Positions 46,664 through 52,842 of a stretch of 52,842 nucleotides of DNA are shown here, piece after piece. The position numbers and the translations under genes were made by a program. The notes under the pieces were generated by a model. That model made no database searches. It saw nothing but the letters and a program-made list of their open reading frames with translations, and was not told where the DNA came from. The first letter of the stretch is position 1. Every line of letters starts with the position of its first letter. The DNA comes from Methanobacteriota archaeon (GTDB lineage Archaea; Undinarchaeota; Undinarchaeia; Undinarchaeales; Undinarchaeaceae): positions 1-52,842 of the forward strand of contig NZBN01000003.1 in NCBI GenBank assembly GCA_002687935.1, written 5' to 3'.

Positions 46664-48746
46664 AGAGAATCACCCCCGAAATCATCGCTATTGAATAAAC
46701 AATTACTGATACAATCAGACTCTTTCCAATCATATTGTTTCTGTAAACTTCGTCCTTTCCATTTTCTACACCGCTTATCAAGATGGAGAGAAGAACAGTA
46801 ACTTGTATTACATAAATTCCGACAACCATCTGCATCATCTCTGCAGGTATAGCATTTGCAACATCGAAGAAGCTCCCCTGGAAAATATTTCCAACTCCGG
46901 TTGTTCCTAGGACTCCAGTAGCTGATTCAGAGCCCTGCAAAGATCCAACCTTTGTGCTAAGTTCGCCGAGTATTCTCGTTAGAAGTATGTCAAGTGAAAC
47001 TATTATTCCGGCAATAAAAGAAGTCAGGAACTGCGCCTGAAACTTCATAGAGCTTACAGTCGTACCAAGAAGCTCCTTTATGTTACTCTTTACAACTTTC
47101 ATATTCTTCAGGTACTTGCTTATTGTTCTCATCGTGCTGGAAGTCGCACGAAGACCTTTCTTAGTTCCTTCCAAAACGATTTCCATCACCGTTCTGATGA
47201 GGTCAGAAGGGTAGTAGACTAAAGCACCTTCTTCTTTATTGAAAACAGCCTTTTCAAAGGGCATTCCCATAACTACCATATTGTCATTTATCTTTCTGAA
47301 GAATTTCTTAAGAGGTCCTTTTTTCAGGCTTCGTTCTGCCTCTCCAATAGCATGCTCTATCGGACTCCCCATATTCAGTCTGTCGCTCAAATCATAGAGG
47401 GCTACATCAAGTCCATCTTCAAGCGTTTCAAGTTCCATTCTTGCAGTGAGCTTCTGCCGCGAGCTGCCTATAGTGTATATTATTACTCCAAGAGCTATTC
47501 CCCAGATAAGAGTCATCGACTGTAGTATATTCATAAAACTGTAGCTTTCCGGAATTGAGAATATTTGCATTATTCCTGGAAAGCCTACCAGAAGTGCAAT
47601 CGCAATAGATACATAAATGAGGGGAACTTGCGTCACTTTACCGTTTCTGACTATTGCATAATGACCCTTCTTCGGCATTCCGGGTATTGTATCAACGCTT
47701 GCATGGGAGAAAGTTCCCGGGCGCTTACTTAGAATGAGTCGCATGAAGAAGAAAACTATGATTGGAAGAACTATATCGTAACTGATAAAGAGTGTTCTTG
47801 CCTTCATACCACCTGAAAGAATTGTCGTCATTATAGGAGCGAGAACCAGACCCATTACTGGAAGAACAATTGAAAGCATGTAAAGAACAATAACTGGCAT
47901 TGTCATTCCGCGGGCGAAATCCTTCATCATTTCAAGATTTCCCTCAAGCATCACATTCGATGCCTGATCAAGCGTTGCAAGTCTTTCCTTCTCATTTGCT
48001 ATGTTCACTGAGCCTCTGATAATCTCTATTGAAGTCGAAAAATTCTTGTTTTTATTCTGCCACTTTTCTGAATATTCTTTCAGAGCATCATCCATTGAGG
48101 AATAGGTTCCACTTTCCAGCTGCCATACAAGTCTGTTTAGGTCTCTTCCAAGAGGACTTCTGAGGTGCTTCCCGGCAAACATAACTGCTCCTTCTAGCGT
48201 TGGCGTGTTTCTCAGGTATATGACAAGATAGGTTATCGCAAGTGGCATGGAGTTCATAACTTGCATTGTTCTATTGCTGGCAACGAAGTTTGGATACTTT
48301 TGTATCATAACAAAGGAGATCAGACCGAGAAGCATCATCATCAAAGCCGTATTGAATGATATGAACATATAGGCAAAACCAGCAATTGACCACAAAAGAA
48401 AAGCCGCAAGTCCAAAACTCACAACTTCTTTGGCTTTTATCTTATATTCTATATAATCTAAAATTCCCTGCGTCTTTATAGCGCTTTCTTCTCCAATATT
48501 TATTTGGAAAATCTTCCCAGATTGCTTGCAGGCTTTTTCGAAAAATGTTTTTAGTTGCTCTTGCTCTTCCTGAGTTTTCTTAAATTCTGCATACTCCTTA
48601 GAATAAAGACCAAATTTATTTGTTCCCAATTCTTCAACTAATTCCTCTTTTTTTGCATCCTCCTCTTGAAGGAGTTTCCTTATCGTTTTCTGCTGCTCAA
48701 GAATTGGATGAGTTTTATCTTCTTTCTTCTTTCCAAAAATCGCCAT
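46635..48746 (-). CDS. Type IV pilus platform protein (TadB/TadC, FlaJ-like; two T2SSF-like halves)
   Basis: Two cytoplasmic helical blocks (MPLAITYLVIYLRNTPTLEGAV...; LYDLSDRLNMGSPIEHAI...) each followed by TM clusters; overlaps the ATPase stop. Confidence 0.85.
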   Translation of the reverse strand: MAIFGKKKEDKTHPILEQQKTIRKLLQEEDAKKEELVEELGTNKFGLYSKEYAEFKKTQEEQEQLKTFFEKACKQSGKIFQINIGEESAIKTQGILDYIEYKIKAKEVVSFGLAAFLLWSIAGFAYMFISFNTALMMMLLGLISFVMIQKYPNFVASNRTMQVMNSMPLAITYLVIYLRNTPTLEGAVMFAGKHLRSPLGRDLNRLVWQLESGTYSSMDDALKEYSEKWQNKNKNFSTSIEIIRGSVNIANEKERLATLDQASNVMLEGNLEMMKDFARGMTMPVIVLYMLSIVLPVMGLVLAPIMTTILSGGMKARTLFISYDIVLPIIVFFFMRLILSKRPGTFSHASVDTIPGMPKKGHYAIVRNGKVTQVPLIYVSIAIALLVGFPGIMQIFSIPESYSFMNILQSMTLIWGIALGVIIYTIGSSRQKLTARMELETLEDGLDVALYDLSDRLNMGSPIEHAIGEAERSLKKGPLKKFFRKINDNMVVMGMPFEKAVFNKEEGALVYYPSDLIRTVMEIVLEGTKKGLRATSSTMRTISKYLKNMKVVKSNIKELLGTTVSSMKFQAQFLTSFIAGIIVSLDILLTRILGELSTKVGSLQGSESATGVLGTTGVGNIFQGSFFDVANAIPAEMMQMVVGIYVIQVTVLLSILISGVENGKDEVYRNNMIGKSLIVSVIVYSIAMISGVILFGRFDIFTM

Positions 48747-51040
48747 TATTGACCCTCAGCTGTTTCTTCCGTCTGCCCCTTTCCTCTAATATCATTCTTT
48801 GCCCAGGTTTTCCAGCGTTTGAATATTTCTGCATTGTCAAAAGCTCCAAGCTCACGGTTAACATCATCTGAAATTATATGGAAATAGTTATTTGCCTTAC
48901 CAACAAATGGGGCTTCCATTATATCTCGCCTGTTTGAAGTCCTTGAAAAGTCAACTATCGCACTCATTACATCAGAGCGGAGTTTTATATTTTCATATAT
49001 TGCATCCCAGTTTCCTGCCCATTCCCTTACTCTTGAACCAATGTTCATGAGCATCGGCGAATCTCCATTCAGAAATGCATCACTTGCGTTTAACTGATCT
49101 TTCTTCGCATCATAGCCCATAAGCTCTATAAAGCCGTTCTCCTTCTTAGGATCATCAATCCAGTCCTTTCCGACTTCTGTAATATTCACTATTCTTCTAA
49201 ATCTGTGCAGACCGTCGGCACTTCTTATCGGAGCCGGCATAACTATCAAATCCGTTGCTTTGAAAGAAGTAGACGGAACTTTCAGGTCATTGACAACACG
49301 GTCCCAAAGTCCATAGGGATTGTCTGCGTGAATAGTTCCTCCTGTAAAGTTTGACAGAGCTCCAATACGCATAGCTTCATAAAGTGCTCGTGCCTCCTCG
49401 GAACGAACTTCACCGACAATCAGACAGGAGTCTCCCAATCTGAGAGCTGTCCTGATTCCTGCCTCGGCTGATATTTCGGTCTCCAGTTTAGTTATGGCTG
49501 AACGAACTTTCAGGGGAACAACATTAAATCCAAGAGACCTCATATCCTCTGCAGGAAGTTCAAGAGTGTCTTCTACAGTTATGATTCTGTACTTCTTCAT
49601 AATCTGCATCATCGTTGCTCCTAAAACAGAGGTTTTTCCACTTGACCTTGGTCCTGCAAAAAGTACACTTCTTCCAGCATCAACGACGAACCACAGAAGT
49701 CCAGCTGAAAGCGCATTCATTGTCCCGTTTTCCATAAACAAGGGATAGGTCCAGGGATTGCTCCTATGTCTTCTGAATGCAAAGGCAAGTCCGTAAGGGC
49801 TGAGATTCTTGGTTATTATTGCAACACGGGCTCTTCCTCCAGGGACAATTGTTGAAGTATCTAGAATGGGGTTTGCCTCATCCAGTGGTCTGCCCGATTC
49901 CATCCTGAATCTGGCTGCCATTGCTGCCGCATCTTCCCGTGTCGGTATTATATTGGTAACACATTCTTCCCATTTAGAGTGCAGAAGTTTGATTGGAAGT
50001 TCCCCCACTGGGGCATTGATATAAAGGTCCTGCAAATTCGGGTCTGCAAGAAATATTTCAATAATTCCGAGACCTGTTGTATATCTTGTCAGAATCTGCG
50101 CTAGTGATTTAATTTGAGAATGACTTAGTTCTATTTTTCTTTCAGCGGCAACAGTTCCAATAAGGTCCTCAGCAACTCGTTCGAAATATTCCCTTGTCTG
50201 GTCTGTGAATTTTGTTGATGAAGGCTTATAGCCGACCATAACTCTGCGAGCAAGTCCGAGAGCCATATACTGGTCTTCCGGAAGCTGGAATTCAGGGGGA
50301 ATTATGTGGTAGTAGTTCTCTGTCTTCCCCGGTATTTTATATATCTCAATATTGACATCCCCAAGAATTGTATAAGCATCAATTAATTCTCCCTTTGCAG
50401 GAGGTTTTACCATGAAGCGAGTCAGTGTAAAATTAGGTCTGATTACAGGAACAAAAATTTCTTCGTAAATATGCCTATCGCCTGGACTGATTTTCCCAAC
50501 AAGAGGCATTACTCTCTTAATCAATGTCGTTTTTTCAAGATAATTCTGTATTACAAGAAGCACATCATTAACGAAATATTCATAGTCCTTTCTTGCCACT
50601 TCAAACTGAATGCTCTTCAGTTTCCTCTGATAGGACTGAAGTTCGGCGAGAACTGTAAGATATGCCGCCACTGGATCTCGGCGCATTTTATCAAGAATCA
50701 AATCCTCAACAAACTTAAAGCGGTGTGGTGCGTACTTGTCTAGTGCCGTGCTGGTGGTTTTACTTTTTGTCAGTATATTTTCCTCTTTCAATAAAAGGTC
50801 TATTACACCTGCAATTTCTGCGAGAATTCCAGTCTGCCTTTTAGAATATTCATATTCATAGGCCTCTGCAATAACAACTCTGCTCACATTTCTAACTTGT
50901 ATAATCGCATCTATAACTCTGGACATACATTCTGGGTCGTCTTCGATAGAAGGAGAATAAGGACATCCGAGCCAGTTGAACCTAATTATTGTCTCATTTC
51001 CTTCTTTCTGAACCTCATAACTGCACGCCTTGGCCACCAT
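48746..51040 (-). CDS. Type IV pilus / T2SS assembly ATPase (VirB11/TadA-like) with a long N-terminal extension
   Basis: Walker A GPRSSGKT; Asp box TVEDTLEL; LRLGDSCLIVGEVRSEEA; GTIHA. ATG 51040 is the likely start. Confidence 0.93.
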   Translation of the reverse strand: MVAKACSYEVQKEGNETIIRFNWLGCPYSPSIEDDPECMSRVIDAIIQVRNVSRVVIAEAYEYEYSKRQTGILAEIAGVIDLLLKEENILTKSKTTSTALDKYAPHRFKFVEDLILDKMRRDPVAAYLTVLAELQSYQRKLKSIQFEVARKDYEYFVNDVLLVIQNYLEKTTLIKRVMPLVGKISPGDRHIYEEIFVPVIRPNFTLTRFMVKPPAKGELIDAYTILGDVNIEIYKIPGKTENYYHIIPPEFQLPEDQYMALGLARRVMVGYKPSSTKFTDQTREYFERVAEDLIGTVAAERKIELSHSQIKSLAQILTRYTTGLGIIEIFLADPNLQDLYINAPVGELPIKLLHSKWEECVTNIIPTREDAAAMAARFRMESGRPLDEANPILDTSTIVPGGRARVAIITKNLSPYGLAFAFRRHRSNPWTYPLFMENGTMNALSAGLLWFVVDAGRSVLFAGPRSSGKTSVLGATMMQIMKKYRIITVEDTLELPAEDMRSLGFNVVPLKVRSAITKLETEISAEAGIRTALRLGDSCLIVGEVRSEEARALYEAMRIGALSNFTGGTIHADNPYGLWDRVVNDLKVPSTSFKATDLIVMPAPIRSADGLHRFRRIVNITEVGKDWIDDPKKENGFIELMGYDAKKDQLNASDAFLNGDSPMLMNIGSRVREWAGNWDAIYENIKLRSDVMSAIVDFSRTSNRRDIMEAPFVGKANNYFHIISDDVNRELGAFDNAEIFKRWKTWAKNDIRGKGQTEETAEGQ

Positions 51041-51091
51041 TTTTAACAAAAAGCTTTATTAATCGCACCGTTAAATACTTCTCGGTTAAAT

Positions 51092-51532
51092 ATGGCGACA
51101 GCACGACAGACGCAAAAACAAGTTGATGTTTCTGATTTTGAGTGGCGCCTCAATGCTTTGATGACAAAAGTCAGAATTAATGAACAGAATGTCATAAATG
51201 AGAGAAAACATGCCCAGCTCCTCAATAAAAATCTCATAGATTTCAAAGGAGAACTGCGCGGAAAGATAGATTCTATTACCCAACAAAACCGAGAGCTCAA
51301 ACTTTCAGTGAACAGGGTGAAGGAGCAGATGAAAACTCTCACAAAAAAACTAAAAGACCTGCCTTCAAAGGCGGAACTTAATGAGCTCAGAAGAATACAG
51401 GAGAGCGCAACATTATATGGAAAGGACCTGTCAAAGGACGAGGCAGATGACATACTTGATAAGGTCCTTTCACAGATAGAAAGCAGAGAAACAGGAAAAG
51501 AAAATGGCACTACTGAAGAAAAAGAAGAATGA
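51092..51532 (+). CDS. Coiled-coil hypothetical protein, divergent from the ATPase
   Basis: Heptad-like pattern over aa 15-100; GTTAAATA box about 15-22 nt upstream. Confidence 0.75.
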   Translation: MATARQTQKQVDVSDFEWRLNALMTKVRINEQNVINERKHAQLLNKNLIDFKGELRGKIDSITQQNRELKLSVNRVKEQMKTLTKKLKDLPSKAELNELRRIQESATLYGKDLSKDEADDILDKVLSQIESRETGKENGTTEEKEE

Positions 51533-52295
51533 TTACGACCCTCTAGAGGACACACCTCCTGAGAAGGACAAGCTAAAGACAAAGACAGCCGGGGCTGATA
51601 TAGAAAGCATAAAAGAGGAAGTTGGATTTCCAAATACTCCTGTTGAGGAAGCTCCATTAGAGCCTATGCCACCAGAGCCGCCAATTCAACCAGAGCCAGA
51701 AGCTTCACAAGCTCCTTTTGAGGCACCTCCTTCTGAAACCGGACAGATTCCTGAACTTACTCCTCCAACTCAGCCAGCCCAGGCACAGGAAGAAGACCCA
51801 CTGGCATTTCTCGGAGGAGCAGGAGAACCTGAAGCCCCTACCACACCTGAAGATACAAGTTCTCAAGCACTTCCCACACCTCCTTCTGAACTTCCACAGG
51901 CAAATATTCCACAGTCTGAAGCACCAGGAGTTCAAGAAGAATTACCAATGGCACCTGCTACGTCTTCAGCACCGGCATATGGTACTATGGTAATGAATGA
52001 TGCTGATGCAGTCAGAAGAGAGTTTGAGACAAAACTCTCACTTCTTAAAGATGAAATCCAAGCATTAAAGAAACTTGATGAGGAAATAAAAGGAGTTGTC
52101 GACTCTATGGACAGAATTGAACAGAAGTATGAAAAGGTAGAAATTCGTGCTGAAGATAATAATACAAAATTAACTGAAACACTTGATGATGTCAAGTCCA
52201 CAGTTTCTGCAATAGACAAAATAATGAGCTCGGCACTACCAGCCTTAATAAAAGAAGTCCGTTCAATTTCTGAAATAAAATCTAAAGGAAAGTAG
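51504..52295 (+). CDS. Hypothetical protein with a Pro/Glu-rich disordered region and C-terminal coiled coil
   Basis: PPEPPIQPEPE-type low-complexity stretch to about aa 160, then an amphipathic helical tail. Confidence 0.75.
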   Translation: MALLKKKKNDYDPLEDTPPEKDKLKTKTAGADIESIKEEVGFPNTPVEEAPLEPMPPEPPIQPEPEASQAPFEAPPSETGQIPELTPPTQPAQAQEEDPLAFLGGAGEPEAPTTPEDTSSQALPTPPSELPQANIPQSEAPGVQEELPMAPATSSAPAYGTMVMNDADAVRREFETKLSLLKDEIQALKKLDEEIKGVVDSMDRIEQKYEKVEIRAEDNNTKLTETLDDVKSTVSAIDKIMSSALPALIKEVRSISEIKSKGK

Positions 52296-52298
52296 TTT

Positions 52299-52592
52299 CT
52301 AAACCACTATCTTCAAAATGTAGTATACTCCTGCAATTATTGCTGCAGCGATAGCCAGGTCAGCTATCATACTTCCATTAAAGAGTAAAAATCTGTAAAT
52401 ATTTGTCTGAGAGCCGACTGCATAATATGCACCGCTTGCGGACATCGCGGCTATCAACATATTTATTTTCTGCTCTCCTCCAAAATACTTCCTTCCAAGA
52501 AGGTAGAAAGCTCCGAAAAAGAGTATGAAAAGAGGTGCCACTGCTAGAATCCAGTGTGTCGTATACCAATGTGGTGCGTAATAATATACCAT
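52299..52592 (-). CDS. Small membrane hypothetical protein
   Basis: Three hydrophobic segments in 97 aa. Confidence 0.6.
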   Translation of the reverse strand: MVYYYAPHWYTTHWILAVAPLFILFFGAFYLLGRKYFGGEQKINMLIAAMSASGAYYAVGSQTNIYRFLLFNGSMIADLAIAAAIIAGVYYILKIVV

Positions 52593-52650
52593 TTTCGGTT
52601 CTCCCTACAATTTCCGTGAAAAATATGATATTTAAGTGTTTTGTCTTCTC

Positions 52651-52842
52651 TTAACCAAACATTGCCAGCGTAACTGCTATAAGAGTCCCTACAGTTATCC
52701 ACATCGGCTGTCGTATACCTGCCGCGATGGAGTAGGCACCCTTAATAATGAGGGCCACTCCGACATAAAACATCAACTGGCTTTCAATTCCCATTGAAAA
52801 AAGTGAAACATTTGCATACCTCGGAACGCTCATCAGAAGAAG
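52651..52842 (-). CDS. Membrane hypothetical protein, probably 5'-truncated by the window edge
   Basis: Frame is open to the window end (CTT CTT CTG ATG...); two hydrophobic segments. Confidence 0.5.
   Translation of the reverse strand, partial: LLLMSVPRYANVSLFSMGIESQLMFYVGVALIIKGAYSIAAGIRQPMWITVGTLIAVTLAMFG

Noticed and set aside
46635-51040. Archaellum (arlI/arlJ) interpretation
   Set aside because: No archaellin, ArlF/G/H or che genes nearby; the pilins lack archaellin-type sequence.
32008-51040. Absence of a prepilin peptidase as a novelty
   Set aside because: PibD/EppA-type genes are often unlinked to pilus loci; absence cannot be judged from one window.
51070-51092. GTTAAATA direct repeat with 15-nt period
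   Set aside because: AT-rich 8-mer in a promoter region; one copy is explained as the TATA box.

Overview
Archaeal genomic DNA: archaeal-type TIM, PGK and GAPDH, FEN1, aEF-1beta, AglB, AMP phosphorylase, and TATA-like boxes about 21-25 nt before many start codons. Compact overlapping genes and the pilin repertoire suggest a DPANN-type lineage (inference only). Layout: (i) 1-4.7 kb, a 5'-truncated S-layer gene, Trm5 and surface proteins; (ii) 5-14.4 kb, housekeeping genes (fen, DUF371, M24 peptidase, two orphans, an unannotated 42-aa Zn-finger ORF, aEF-1beta) and a coupled tpiA-pgk-gap-pth2-truD run; (iii) 14.4-29.6 kb, an N-glycosylation/surface glycan cluster (aglB, ugd, epimerases, GT2, GT4 and GT-C enzymes, PMM/PGM, AglH-like, DUF354, DUF2304), with a GC-rich cUUCGg hairpin after aglB and a membrane-anchored wHTH regulator flanked by a shared 17-bp direct-repeat motif; (iv) 29.7-32 kb, a SerK-like kinase and AMP phosphorylase; (v) 32-51 kb, a 19-kb minus-strand type IV pilus locus with ATPase, TadC/FlaJ-like platform, Yip1 protein and 15 genes carrying class III signal peptides (three absent from the ORF track), including TSP3-repeat, LamG and Cys-rich adhesin-like pilins; (vi) two divergent coiled-coil genes and small membrane proteins. 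I found no rRNA, tRNA, CRISPR array or mobile element. All family assignments come from motif recognition by eye; no database searches were run.
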